The notes under the pieces: model-generated
What the model was told of the DNA's origin: nothing
What the model saw: the letters and a program-made list of their open reading frames with translations, nothing else
Database searches by the model: none
Made by a program: the position numbers and the translations under genes
Source of the DNA: an uncultured Planctomycetia bacterium
GTDB lineage: Bacteria; Omnitrophota; Gorgyraeia; 2-02-FULL-51-18
Direction: 5' to 3'
Assembly: GCA_964642015.1 (NCBI GenBank)
Contig: CAZXLF010000001.1
Location: 254,375 to 318,374, forward strand
Length of the DNA stretch: 64,000 nucleotides
Shown here: positions 39,885-49,908 of the stretch, in pieces
How the letters are laid out: each line of letters begins with the position of its first letter
Position numbering within the stretch: the stretch's first letter is position 1

Positions 39885-40405
39885 ACCCTAATTTTCAATC
39901 AACCACTTTATGGTTCACCGGTAGACCGTGTTCGGGAAAAAGCACGATAGCAGCTCACCTTGTCAAAGAAATGGAAAAGAGGCAAATTCGTATTGCAAGA
40001 CTTGACGGTGATGATGTACGCGGTCGATTAAATTCGGATTTGGGTTTTACTGACAAAGATCGGCGTGAAAATTTACGCAGAATAGCGCACGTGGCACAGC
40101 TATTTAATGAGAACAATAATTTTGTGATCGCTACGTTTGTATCGCCCACCAATGATATGAGAGCGTTGGTTCGGAGAATCATAAAGAATTTCAAATTATG
40201 TTACATCCGCTGTGCTCCCGAAGTATGCGAAAGCCGGGACGTAAAAGGCATGTATAAAAAAGCCAGAGCGGGTCAGATCAAAGATTTTACCGGTATTTCG
40301 GCACCTTTCGAAGAACCGATCGGGCCTGAGATTATTGTAGACACTGATCACGCTGGTATAGATCAGTGTGTGAATCATATATTGAAAGAGATGGGGATCG
40401 GATAG
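39881..40405 (+). CDS. cysC: adenylyl-sulfate (APS) kinase
   Basis: 'LWFTGRPCSGKSTIA' P-loop in the exact APS-kinase context, and 'ARLDGDDVR' matching the LDGDN(V/I)R APS-binding motif. 174 aa. ATG at 39881 overlaps the upstream stop. Confidence 0.85.
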   Translation: MNPNFQSTTLWFTGRPCSGKSTIAAHLVKEMEKRQIRIARLDGDDVRGRLNSDLGFTDKDRRENLRRIAHVAQLFNENNNFVIATFVSPTNDMRALVRRIIKNFKLCYIRCAPEVCESRDVKGMYKKARAGQIKDFTGISAPFEEPIGPEIIVDTDHAGIDQCVNHILKEMGIG

Positions 40406-41178
40406 TGTCATTGACTGATATTGATAAAGCGATTTTACCTGAAATTATCAACATCGCCGAAGATGCGGGCCGATCGATCTTAAGGATCTATTCGCTTAGC
40501 GATTTTGGTATCGTGATGAAAATCAATGATTCTCCTTTAACTTTGGCAGATACAGCGGCGCATGAAGCGATCGTGAGATCCTTGAACCGGTTGACGCCGG
40601 ATTGGCCGGTGTTGTCGGAAGAATCGAAATCCGTTCCTTATAATATAAGGAAGGAGTGGAAAACTTTTTGGATGGTCGATCCTTTGGACGGAACGAAGGA
40701 ATTCATTAAAAGGAACGGAGAGTTTACCGTAAACATTGCATTGATCAAAGGCAATGTTCCCGTGATGGGGGTCGTGCATGCGCCGGTGAAGCAGCTGACT
40801 TATTTTGCAGAAGATCGCCAAGGCGCTTTTAAAAGTATCGCCGGCGCTAAAGCGGAACGGATACAAACGGATAAAAAGCCTAAAGGGGTTTTGAAAGTCG
40901 TCATTAGTCGTGATCATATCGGCGGCGAAATGGAAGCATTTCTAAAAACTCTCGAACATTATGAAGCGGTGCACGTGGGAAGTTCGTTGAAATTTTGTTT
41001 GGTGGCCGAAGGTCAGGCGCATCTTTATCCTCGTTTTTGGCCCTGCATGGAGTGGGACACCGCAGCGGCGGAGTGTGTGGTGCGCGAAGCTGGAGGTAGC
41101 GTGAAAGATCTTTCGGGAAATAACTTGAAATACAATAAACCTGATCTTCTAAACCCATATTTTATCGTCAAAGCATAA
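40366..41178 (+). CDS. cysQ: 3'(2'),5'-bisphosphate nucleotidase (inositol monophosphatase superfamily)
   Basis: 'WMVDPLDGTKEFI' metal-binding motif (DPxDGT) and 'GSSLKFCLVAEGQA'. Genomic pairing with APS kinase supports a CysQ role. GTG start at 40366 or 40405. Confidence 0.75.
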   Translation: MCESYIERDGDRIVSLTDIDKAILPEIINIAEDAGRSILRIYSLSDFGIVMKINDSPLTLADTAAHEAIVRSLNRLTPDWPVLSEESKSVPYNIRKEWKTFWMVDPLDGTKEFIKRNGEFTVNIALIKGNVPVMGVVHAPVKQLTYFAEDRQGAFKSIAGAKAERIQTDKKPKGVLKVVISRDHIGGEMEAFLKTLEHYEAVHVGSSLKFCLVAEGQAHLYPRFWPCMEWDTAAAECVVREAGGSVKDLSGNNLKYNKPDLLNPYFIVKA

Positions 41179-41193
41179 AAGAAAGGGAGCAAC

Positions 41194-41865
41194 ATGGAAG
41201 AAATTATGGAGCTGGATCTGAACAAGCCGGGAAGTATAGGGGAAAAGTCTTTCAATATTTTATGGGAAAAAATAAAAAGTTTAGCGGCAAAAAATATATT
41301 GGAATTCGGAAGCGGTGTAAGCTCGATCAGAATGGCTAGAGCTTTCCCGGAGACGAACATCGTCTCGATCGACCATGACCTTAAGTATTATAGGAAGACG
41401 CATACCTTGAAACGGAAATATTGTCCCGGTTCCAATTTGAACATCCTGTTTTCACCGCTTCGATATCAATGGTCGAGCGGAAGTCTGTTCTTGAGTTATG
41501 CCAAAAATAAATTTAGCGGGATCTTTGATTGTGTGATCATCGATGGCCCTCAAAGCTGGCTAACCCTTAGGGGCAGGGAAGTTTGTTTGTATAAGGTCTA
41601 CGAAAATTTAAGGATTGGTGCAGTGGTGGTACTGGACGATTATTCAAGAGAGGAAGAAAAGACCGTTCTCAAAAACTGGCTTTTGACCTATCCCGGCAGT
41701 TTTAGAGTGGACGTTGTCGAGGAAGGTCATCATCTGGTTTTTTTGACAAAGGTAAAGCAGGTAAAGCCGCGTTATTTTTGCTGGTCGAAGTTTATCGACA
41801 ACCTGCAGACAAATATACATTTGTTTTTAAGATCATTTAAAAGAAGGTTTATTCCAGCGCATTAA
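41194..41865 (+). CDS. putative class I SAM-dependent (O-)methyltransferase
   Basis: 'NILEFGSGVSSIRMA' glycine-rich motif I followed by 'VVLDDY' acidic motif. The assignment is weak. Confidence 0.4.
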   Translation: MEEIMELDLNKPGSIGEKSFNILWEKIKSLAAKNILEFGSGVSSIRMARAFPETNIVSIDHDLKYYRKTHTLKRKYCPGSNLNILFSPLRYQWSSGSLFLSYAKNKFSGIFDCVIIDGPQSWLTLRGREVCLYKVYENLRIGAVVVLDDYSREEEKTVLKNWLLTYPGSFRVDVVEEGHHLVFLTKVKQVKPRYFCWSKFIDNLQTNIHLFLRSFKRRFIPAH

Positions 41866-41871
41866 CAAACT

Positions 41872-44205
41872 ATGGATCTAAAACAAAAAACGATAAAAGG
41901 CTTGAGCTGGTCATTTGCCTCTCAAGCAGCCAGACAGGTCAGCCAATTTGCGGTGACCGTCATCCTGGCGCGCTTATTGATGCCCGACGATTTTGGACTG
42001 GTGGGAATGGCGACCGTTTTCACCGGATTCATTTCAGCGGTCAATGAGATCGGTGTAAGCGGAGCTCTAATCCAAAGGCAGCAAGTGGACGAAAGCCATT
42101 ATAGTTCGGTTTTTTGGCTGAACATTTTTCTGGGAACGGCATTTACAGCCTTATTCATTGCCGTGTCTCCGGCGATCGCGGCATTTTACAACAAACCCGA
42201 ACTCATCTCTATTTTAAGGATCAGCGCTTTTAATTTTATTTTGGCAGCATTTTCCATCGTGCAAAGAGCTATTTTCCAAAAACATATGGAATTTAAAAAG
42301 CTTGCCGTGATCGAAACTTTGGCGATCGTTATAGGGGGTGTCGTCGGAATCGTCATGGCTTACCGCGGATTTGGTGCATGGAGTTTGGTCTACCAAATGA
42401 TCGCATTCACGCTGGCCAATACGGTTTTGTTGTGGCTGTTTTCCCACTGGAGACCACGGTTTATTTTTTCCATCTCTTCGATCAAAGATATATTCGGTTT
42501 CAGCGCGCATGTGACGGGATTTACTGTCATGAATTACTTCGCCAGGAACGTGGATTATCTTTTGATTGGTAAATTTTTGGGCGCAGAATCGCTAGGTTAT
42601 TACACCTTGGCCTATAAACTAATGCTCTATCCTTTGCAGAACGTTACTTGGACCATACAAAAAGTAATGTTTCCGGCGTTTTCAGTTATCCAAAATGACA
42701 TCGCGAAGGTCAAGAACGCCTATTTAAAGATGATAAAAAGCATATCGATCACAGTGTTTCCGATGATGTTCGGTCTTTTTGCGCTGGCGCCTGAATTGAT
42801 CGACGCCGTTTACGGAGCCAAATGGCTGCCTTCGGTGATCGTTATCAGGATTTTTTGTTTTTGCGGAATGATCCAGTGCCTTTCGAGTACGGCGGGCACT
42901 ATTTATCAATCTCAAGGCCGTTCGGATATCCAATTTAAGATAGGTTTTCTCGGATCTTTGGGGGCTGTTTTATCTATTATTTTAGGACTTCGCTGGGGCA
43001 TTGAAGGAGTAGCGGCCTGTTATACTGCCTATTCCATTCTGTGGGGATTTTATTCACTGTACATCGTAGAAAGATTGATCAGTTTAAAGAAAAAAGATTT
43101 TTATTTATTATTCGCCAAGATATTCCTGATCTCATCGGGCATGTTCCTTTTTACGTTGTATCTCAAGAGTATTTTAAGAATTCATGGCTGGCCGGAATTA
43201 ATGATTGTCATGACAGCGGCAGCCACTGTTTATGTTTTTTTGTTGCTTGTTTTTAAACAAATCGGTTATCAAAATATGGATCATGTTTTGAATGGTAAGA
43301 AACAAAATACCAAAGTTGCGCCCAATTTCTTTTGTGTAGGCACAAAGAAAGGTGGCACGACGACTTTGCAGGATATTTTAGTACAGCACCCAGATATTTA
43401 TTTGCCCAAGGTAAAAGAGACAAAATTTTTTGCAATCGAAGAAAAATACTCCAAAGGAATTGAGTATTACAAAAAAGAGTATTTCTCAAGATGTAATGGT
43501 CAAAAAGCGGTAGGAGAAATTGATCCCGCTTATATGTTCGTCCCTTATGCCCCTTCAAGGATCCACAAAGCTTTAGGAGATGAGATAAAGATTATTTTCC
43601 TTCTGCGAAATCCGGTTGACCGAGCTTATTCTCATTATCTGATGAATTACCGTTGGGGTATCGAGAGTAGATTATTCGAAGAAGCGATAGAAGCTCCCGA
43701 GATCGTGCCAAGCGAAGGATTGTCGTTGGACGATTTTTCAAACAAATATAATTTCTGTTATAGGGAAACTGGTTATTATGCAAAACAGATATCCGCCTAT
43801 TTAAAGTTCCTCAAAAGATCCAATATGATCTTTTTTGTTTTTGAAGAGGATATTAAATCAAATATCCGATCGACTATTGAGTCTATAGAGAAGTTTCTTG
43901 GGATCAGGCACGTTGAATTGAACTTTAATAAAATAAGCAACCCTGCAAGTATGCCTAGATTTAGGATCATCAGGGATTTTACGAGAAAAACAAATATCGT
44001 AAGAAAAATAGGCAAACACTTTTTCCCATCTCAATCCTTACGATATAGGATCCTTATGAGAATAGATGAAATGAATCAAGTTGAAATCAAGCCAAAACCT
44101 TTGGATAGTTCATTCAAAAAATATCTACTAGACAAATATTACAAAGAAGAGGTCAAGGCATTGGAAGTCATTTTGAACAGAAATTTAAGCGTTTGGATGG
44201 AATAA
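41872..44205 (+). CDS. fusion protein: Wzx/MOP-type polysaccharide flippase (aa ~1-460) and PAPS-dependent sulfotransferase domain (aa ~470-777)
   Basis: N-terminus has ~12 hydrophobic helices with a Wzx-like start 'LSWSFASQAARQVSQFAVTVILARLL'. The C-terminal domain has the sulfotransferase 5'-PSB loop 'FCVGTKKGGTTTL' and 3'-PB motif 'LLRNPVDRAYSHY'. Confidence 0.75.
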   Translation: MDLKQKTIKGLSWSFASQAARQVSQFAVTVILARLLMPDDFGLVGMATVFTGFISAVNEIGVSGALIQRQQVDESHYSSVFWLNIFLGTAFTALFIAVSPAIAAFYNKPELISILRISAFNFILAAFSIVQRAIFQKHMEFKKLAVIETLAIVIGGVVGIVMAYRGFGAWSLVYQMIAFTLANTVLLWLFSHWRPRFIFSISSIKDIFGFSAHVTGFTVMNYFARNVDYLLIGKFLGAESLGYYTLAYKLMLYPLQNVTWTIQKVMFPAFSVIQNDIAKVKNAYLKMIKSISITVFPMMFGLFALAPELIDAVYGAKWLPSVIVIRIFCFCGMIQCLSSTAGTIYQSQGRSDIQFKIGFLGSLGAVLSIILGLRWGIEGVAACYTAYSILWGFYSLYIVERLISLKKKDFYLLFAKIFLISSGMFLFTLYLKSILRIHGWPELMIVMTAAATVYVFLLLVFKQIGYQNMDHVLNGKKQNTKVAPNFFCVGTKKGGTTTLQDILVQHPDIYLPKVKETKFFAIEEKYSKGIEYYKKEYFSRCNGQKAVGEIDPAYMFVPYAPSRIHKALGDEIKIIFLLRNPVDRAYSHYLMNYRWGIESRLFEEAIEAPEIVPSEGLSLDDFSNKYNFCYRETGYYAKQISAYLKFLKRSNMIFFVFEEDIKSNIRSTIESIEKFLGIRHVELNFNKISNPASMPRFRIIRDFTRKTNIVRKIGKHFFPSQSLRYRILMRIDEMNQVEIKPKPLDSSFKKYLLDKYYKEEVKALEVILNRNLSVWME

Positions 44206-44225
44206 GAACCCAAGAAATTTAGAAC

Positions 44226-45377
44226 ATGAATATGAATGTGCTGATGCTCACGAGATATTTTCCGCCGGAGTTTGGTGGAGCTGCTATCCAGGCGACGTAT
44301 CTGGCAGACGAATTGAGAAAACAAGGGGCGAATATCGAATTCTATGTGGACAACGGTAGCCGTAAGACAGCTGTTGACTTGTATAATGGCACCAAAGTCT
44401 ATAGGGACAGGACCTATGCGGATAAAGGTTTTTTGCGCAATTGGATTTACTATTTCAAACTGTTTTTATTTATAGCCCGTAATCCAAAATACAAAATATT
44501 GCATTTTCATTCAATGAACGGTATTGAGTCTATCTGGTTCCCATTTTTCAGGCTCATGAAAAGAAAGATTATATTCAAGTTAACGCTTGTAGGCATTGAT
44601 GATCCTCAGAGTTTCAGAAAAAGAAAGATGGGATTTTTTATTTGTTGGGCGCTTGGTTTTGTCGATAAATTCGTGGCTATATCCAAAGCACTTTTTGAAA
44701 AATCTACGTCGGCTGGGATCAAAAAGGACAAAATAGTTTATATTCCAAATGGGGTCAACGTTGAAAAATTCAACCGGATCGAAACCTTAAAAAAGAATGT
44801 GCTGAAGGCGAAACTTGGATTAAGCAGTTTTTCAAAGATCTTTTTTTCTGTCGGAAAAATTGAACTGCGCAAGGGTTATGATTTTTTGTTAAATGCCTGG
44901 ATCAAAATTTGCGACACTTTTCCGGCATCGGTGCTTATCATAGGAGGCCCCGGCAATGTGCCGGAAAATGAGTATTATCTGAAACTTCAAAACATGATAA
45001 AGGAAAATGGATTAAAAAATATCATCTTCCTTGGTCAGATTGATAACGTGGATGAGTATATGAAGATATCGGACGCGTTCTTGTTTTGCTCGCTTCGAGA
45101 AGGTTTTGGGAATGTTCTGATCGAAGCTATGTCCACCGGTGTTCCGGTCGTATCGCGCTATCTTCACGGGATAACCGACGATATTATAATTGATCCTGAA
45201 ATCGGCCGGGTTGTTAAAGAAGATTCATTTGAAAAATACGCTGATGAAGTCATTTCATTTATTCAAAATATCAACCAAGAGAAATCACTAAAGGCGTCAG
45301 AAAAAATAAGATCGAAGTTTGATATTAAAATCATTAGCAGACAATATACAGAGCTTTACCAGGCGCTGAGCATATGA
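44226..45377 (+). CDS. glycosyltransferase family 4
   Basis: 'VLMLTRYFPPEFGGAAIQATYLADEL' and 'EGFGNVLIEAMSTGVPVVS'. Confidence 0.8.
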   Translation: MNMNVLMLTRYFPPEFGGAAIQATYLADELRKQGANIEFYVDNGSRKTAVDLYNGTKVYRDRTYADKGFLRNWIYYFKLFLFIARNPKYKILHFHSMNGIESIWFPFFRLMKRKIIFKLTLVGIDDPQSFRKRKMGFFICWALGFVDKFVAISKALFEKSTSAGIKKDKIVYIPNGVNVEKFNRIETLKKNVLKAKLGLSSFSKIFFSVGKIELRKGYDFLLNAWIKICDTFPASVLIIGGPGNVPENEYYLKLQNMIKENGLKNIIFLGQIDNVDEYMKISDAFLFCSLREGFGNVLIEAMSTGVPVVSRYLHGITDDIIIDPEIGRVVKEDSFEKYADEVISFIQNINQEKSLKASEKIRSKFDIKIISRQYTELYQALSI

Positions 45378-46513
45378 GTCAACATAAAATACTTCATGTC
45401 ATTAAGACATTAAATCTTGGTGGAGCAGAGACAAATCTCTTAAATCTTCTTAGGGAAAGCAAAGACTCAGAAGATTATTATTTGGCTTATTCTTATGGCG
45501 GAAAATTTGAAGAAGAATTTCGGAATCTTGGGATAAGTTTTTATAAATATGCCGGCTGCGAACATAAGGTTAAAAGTTTCGCATCTTTGGCCATTATTCT
45601 TAAATTGGCGCTATTTATCAGACGAAATAAGATTCAGATCGTGCATACTCATAATTACAACAGCCATGTTTGGGGAGCGTTGGCCGGGAAGCTTGCCGGA
45701 GCAAAGGTCGTCGAGCATGTCCACGATTTTCGTTATGAAAAAGCCGATTATCTAAAGGAAAGGGGATTGAATCCGAAACAGTTCAAGACGGCTGTTTTTT
45801 TCAGCAGATTTTCGGACCGCATCCTTGTGCTGACCAAGAATAATCAAAGATACTTGATCGAGAACGGAGTCCCCGCTGAAAAGATCGTTCTTATACCGAA
45901 CGGTGTCCCGCTTGGCTTTGATTTGAACGGCGGCCGTCCAGGTCTTTTGGACTCTTTATCGATCCCAAGCGGCAAAAAGATCTTATTATCAGCGGCAAGG
46001 ATATCCGTTGAAAAAAATATAGGATTTCTTTTGGATATTGCCTCACAGTTGAAGCGCGAAGATATTCTTTTTTTGATCGCGGGAGATGGGTCTCTTAAAA
46101 AAGAGCTGGAAGAGCGCACTATAAAAGAGGGCCTTGAAGAAAAGGTAAAATTCATCGGTTTTTATCCTGATGTCAAAAGATTGCTCGGAGTTTCAACTTT
46201 ATTTCTTCAGCCCACTTTACTTGAACTTCATTCGATCACGATGCTTGAGGCGATGAGCATGGGCGTGCCGGCGCTTGTCTCCAAAGGTGTCGGTTGTAAT
46301 GATGATTTTATCGAAAACGGTAAGAACGGGTTTCTGCTTGATCCTTGCGATGCCAAAGCATGGGCGAAAATAGTAGGGACTCTGCTGGATGACGAGAAGC
46401 TCTCCGCTAAAGTGGCCGGTGAAGGGCAGAGACTGATTGAGAACCAATACGATATTGAAAAGACAGTCAAAGCGATTGAGGGGATTTATAGGGAACTTGT
46501 GAGGGAAGAATAG
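45374..46513 (+). CDS. glycosyltransferase family 4 (paralog of 17173-18321)
   Basis: 'ILHVIKTLNLGGAETNLLNLL' and 'LELHSITMLEAMSMGVPALVSKGVGCNDD' are collinear with the 17173 gene. Confidence 0.8.
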   Translation: MSQHKILHVIKTLNLGGAETNLLNLLRESKDSEDYYLAYSYGGKFEEEFRNLGISFYKYAGCEHKVKSFASLAIILKLALFIRRNKIQIVHTHNYNSHVWGALAGKLAGAKVVEHVHDFRYEKADYLKERGLNPKQFKTAVFFSRFSDRILVLTKNNQRYLIENGVPAEKIVLIPNGVPLGFDLNGGRPGLLDSLSIPSGKKILLSAARISVEKNIGFLLDIASQLKREDILFLIAGDGSLKKELEERTIKEGLEEKVKFIGFYPDVKRLLGVSTLFLQPTLLELHSITMLEAMSMGVPALVSKGVGCNDDFIENGKNGFLLDPCDAKAWAKIVGTLLDDEKLSAKVAGEGQRLIENQYDIEKTVKAIEGIYRELVREE

Positions 46514-47850
46514 TGATAAAAAGTATTTTTGATTATAGGATCTATCTGACCATTGGGGTAGGGTGTCTCCTCTCGTTCGTTCTGGTCAGCGGACTGCCGT
46601 GGTATTACGCCGTAGGATTTATGTTTGTGTGGGTGATTACTCTGATCGCCATCAATAATCCGCTCCATTTTTTATTCGCACTTTTTTTGATAAGACCAGC
46701 TCTTGATTCCGTGCTTTCGGGAATGCGTTTCGGCGATACCGGTGGTTTCGGTTTTGGGGGAGCCGTGTCATTATTTTTGATCGTATTGACAGGTTTTTAT
46801 ATGCTGACCTCTCCGAATAGTCTTAGAGGGTTCAGTCAACCGATCGTGAAAATGTATCTTGTTTTTATCGCAATCAGTGCGTGTTCCTATTTTTTTCCTC
46901 AGGATAAAGTGACTATATCAAAAACCCTTATCAATTATGTGGCAATCTTATCTATTACATTGCTCACTTTCCTTTTATCCAAAACGGAAAAAGAAACACG
47001 CGTGATCATCCGTTCTATCGTGTTGTCCCCGATGCTATGTCTCAGCTTAGGCATTTTTACGAATAAGCGCAGTGTAGACGGAAGATTTGCCGCGACGTTC
47101 GCGCATCCTAATATTCTGGCTTTTTATCTTCTGATCATCATCGGCTGTCTTTTGCTGAATATAGAGAGTTATAAACGAGAAAAGAAATTTTCGACTATAA
47201 AGAAATTTTATTTCCTGATATTGGTCACCGCACTGGCGTTCACTCAAACTAGAAGCGGATGGGGTGCTTTCGTGGTCATGCTGGGAATCTACTCACTTTT
47301 TTTCAACAGAAAGTTCATTTTACCGGGCATTATCATGTTGTTAGTTCTTTTATGCGTACCATTCGTGAAAGAGCATATTGCGAATATTTTTCATTCCCAT
47401 GGAAAATTAATACAGGTCAACGAACAGAGTTCGTTGGGATGGCGTTTTGAGAAATGGAGTTATTTATGGACGCCCATTACCAAAAAACCCTTGACCGGAT
47501 ATGGGATAGGCGCAGCAACCGAATATGGCAAAGATAAGCTGGGCGCGCATAATGATTATCTTCGTTTTCTGATAGAGTCAGGGATATTCGGCCTTATTTC
47601 TTATTTTCTGCCGTTCTGGTACATGCTCTACCGGGCTATTAAAGATAGGAAGGGATTAAATGAACAAAGTATCACTTACCGGCTTGCGCAATTTTTCATC
47701 ATTTTTATTCCCGCGTTTCTTGTCATGAGCATCACTGAGAATCTTGGAAATTATGTCATTATTCAATGGTATATTTGGGCGCTTTTCGGGATCTATTTTG
47801 GCTTGATATCCGCACGCTCTGAACACATTTCCAACCATGCAAAACGCTGA
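46513..47850 (+). CDS. Wzy-like O-antigen polymerase/ligase family membrane protein, copy 2
   Basis: 'HPNILAFYLLIIIGCLL' and 'LAFTQTRSGWGAFVVML' match blocks of 18314-19723. Confidence 0.65.
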   Translation: MIKSIFDYRIYLTIGVGCLLSFVLVSGLPWYYAVGFMFVWVITLIAINNPLHFLFALFLIRPALDSVLSGMRFGDTGGFGFGGAVSLFLIVLTGFYMLTSPNSLRGFSQPIVKMYLVFIAISACSYFFPQDKVTISKTLINYVAILSITLLTFLLSKTEKETRVIIRSIVLSPMLCLSLGIFTNKRSVDGRFAATFAHPNILAFYLLIIIGCLLLNIESYKREKKFSTIKKFYFLILVTALAFTQTRSGWGAFVVMLGIYSLFFNRKFILPGIIMLLVLLCVPFVKEHIANIFHSHGKLIQVNEQSSLGWRFEKWSYLWTPITKKPLTGYGIGAATEYGKDKLGAHNDYLRFLIESGIFGLISYFLPFWYMLYRAIKDRKGLNEQSITYRLAQFFIIFIPAFLVMSITENLGNYVIIQWYIWALFGIYFGLISARSEHISNHAKR

Positions 47851-49030
47851 ATTAGAACTTAAAAACGAGAACATCATTTGCTTTGCCGGTGAAGATTGGT
47901 GGTATCACAATCCGCATTCCAATTTTCACATCATGAAATCCTTCGCCAAAGAGAACCGTGTACTTTTTGTGAATTCGATCGGTGTAAGTGCGCCCAACAT
48001 GAATGATAAGTATGTCTGGAAAAGGATAGGGAATAAGATCAAGAGTCTTGCACGTTATTTAAAAAAAGTCGAAAAAAATATCTATGTGCTTTCGCCGATA
48101 GCCTTGCCTCTTATTAAAGGTCATGAAAAAATAGTCCAGCGGTTCAATAAATTTTTGATTTTGCTTCAAATGAAAGTTATTTTAAAAATAATTCGATTTG
48201 AAAAACCTATTCTTTGGGTATGTGCTCCTTCATTTGCTGATGTTGCCCTGGCTTTAAAAAAACGGGCGAAGTGCTTGATCTATTATTGTGTCGATAACAT
48301 TACTTTTTATAGCGGAGAAATGAATCCATACATTTTGGATCTCGAGATCAAATTGCATTCTAATGCGGATGCCGCTTTGTTTGTCAACCATCGGCTTGTG
48401 GAAGAAAGAAAGAAATTTAACCCTAAAACTTACCATATAGGACATGGAGTGGATTATGACCATTATGCGGTATGCCAAAATGGCCATCTGTCTATACCTT
48501 CTGATATGGAGGAGATAAAGGCTCCGATCGTGGGATATATAGGTGTTATTCGCGGAGTGAACCTTGAGCTGGTAAAGTTTTTGGCGGACAAAAATCAAGA
48601 CGTCTCATTTGTATTCATTGGCGACATTCAACAGGACATTTCAAGTCTTAAAGATATCGGGAATGTCCATTTTTTAGGCCGAAGAGAATACAGGTTATTA
48701 CCGCAATATATGCAAAAAATGTCTTGTTTCGGGATTTTTTATCAGATCAATGATGTATTTAACAATTACAGAAATCCGAAGAAGCTTCTGGAATATTTTG
48801 CATCCGGAAAGCCTATTGTATCAGTTCCGATATTGGAGCTAGAGTATTTTAAAGAACTTGTTTACATCGCTGAGAATTATGAGGCGTTCGACCATTTTAT
48901 AAAAAAAGCATTGTACAACGATAGCCCGGAATTAAGGAAAATGCGCATTCAATTTGCCAAAGAGCATACCTGGGATGTTATTTCGAGCGAGTCCTCACAA
49001 TATATTTTTCAAGCGATAAAGGGGACATGA
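47837..49030 (+). CDS. putative GT-B fold glycosyltransferase (divergent)
   Basis: No strong signature. C-terminal 'YRNPKKLLEYFASGKPIVS' resembles the GT1/GT4 nucleotide-sugar binding helix. Context only. Confidence 0.4.
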   Translation: MQNAELELKNENIICFAGEDWWYHNPHSNFHIMKSFAKENRVLFVNSIGVSAPNMNDKYVWKRIGNKIKSLARYLKKVEKNIYVLSPIALPLIKGHEKIVQRFNKFLILLQMKVILKIIRFEKPILWVCAPSFADVALALKKRAKCLIYYCVDNITFYSGEMNPYILDLEIKLHSNADAALFVNHRLVEERKKFNPKTYHIGHGVDYDHYAVCQNGHLSIPSDMEEIKAPIVGYIGVIRGVNLELVKFLADKNQDVSFVFIGDIQQDISSLKDIGNVHFLGRREYRLLPQYMQKMSCFGIFYQINDVFNNYRNPKKLLEYFASGKPIVSVPILELEYFKELVYIAENYEAFDHFIKKALYNDSPELRKMRIQFAKEHTWDVISSESSQYIFQAIKGT

Positions 49031-49908
49031 TGGAACGGCTGGAGAGCGTCAAGAGTTTTTGGAATTCAAATCCATGTGGGAGTCGGTCATCGGATGACCA
49101 GAACAGATCAAATTATTTCAAGGAGGTCGCTTCTAAGAGATATGACGCAGAATTTCATATTCCTGAAATAGCTAAATTTGAGAATTTTAAGGATCGCGAT
49201 GTTTTAGAAATAGGTTGCGGATTAGGGACTGACGGCCTTCAATTTGCGAAAGCGGGAGCCCGCTATGTAGGCGTGGATCTGACCCCGGCAGCTGTCAGCT
49301 TATCCAAAGAGCATTTCAGTCTTTTTAATATTAACGGAATATTTTTTGAGGTTAATGCTGAAAAGCTGCCTTTTCCAGATAATAATTTTGATCATGTTTA
49401 CAGTTTTGGCGTTATACATCATTCCCCCGATATTGAAGCGATCGTCAGAGAGATATACCGTGTTCTCAAGCCAAACGGGACGTTTTGCATTATGATTTAT
49501 AACAAATCATCTATTAATTATTACCTGGAAATAATGTTCTTTAGAAAGATCTTTAAGCGCCTGCTTTATCCCGCATTTATGCCTTCATTCTTGTCAAAAT
49601 GTTTCGGCTTTAGCAAGGATAAATTGGAAGAACATAGGAAAATTCTGTGGAATGCTAAGAAAATCTCAAAGGAAAAATGGATCAGCATCAATACCGATGG
49701 GCCTAATTGTCCGTTGGCAAGAGTGTACAACAAGGAGGAAGCGTTTGAGCTTTTTAGAAAATTTGAAGACATAAGAAGCGAAGTCCGTTTCTTTGACAAA
49801 TCTCACTGGCCTCTCTTGAGGAACTTGTTGCCAAAATCCGCGGTATCATGGCTCGGAAATCGCTGGGGATGGCACAGAATGGTGTATGGAAAAAAACCTT
49901 CTTATTGA
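49027..49908 (+). CDS. class I SAM-dependent methyltransferase (Methyltransf_11-like)
   Basis: 'DVLEIGCGLGTDGLQFAKAGARYVGVDL' motif I, 'FDHVYSFGVIHH' motif II/III region. Confidence 0.75.
   Translation: MMERLESVKSFWNSNPCGSRSSDDQNRSNYFKEVASKRYDAEFHIPEIAKFENFKDRDVLEIGCGLGTDGLQFAKAGARYVGVDLTPAAVSLSKEHFSLFNINGIFFEVNAEKLPFPDNNFDHVYSFGVIHHSPDIEAIVREIYRVLKPNGTFCIMIYNKSSINYYLEIMFFRKIFKRLLYPAFMPSFLSKCFGFSKDKLEEHRKILWNAKKISKEKWISINTDGPNCPLARVYNKEEAFELFRKFEDIRSEVRFFDKSHWPLLRNLLPKSAVSWLGNRWGWHRMVYGKKPSY

Noticed and set aside
41872-44205. Treating this ORF as two genes (flippase plus separate sulfotransferase)
   Set aside because: The reading frame is continuous in the supplied sequence with no internal stop. 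A fusion is what the sequence shows, though a sequencing-error origin cannot be excluded without reads.
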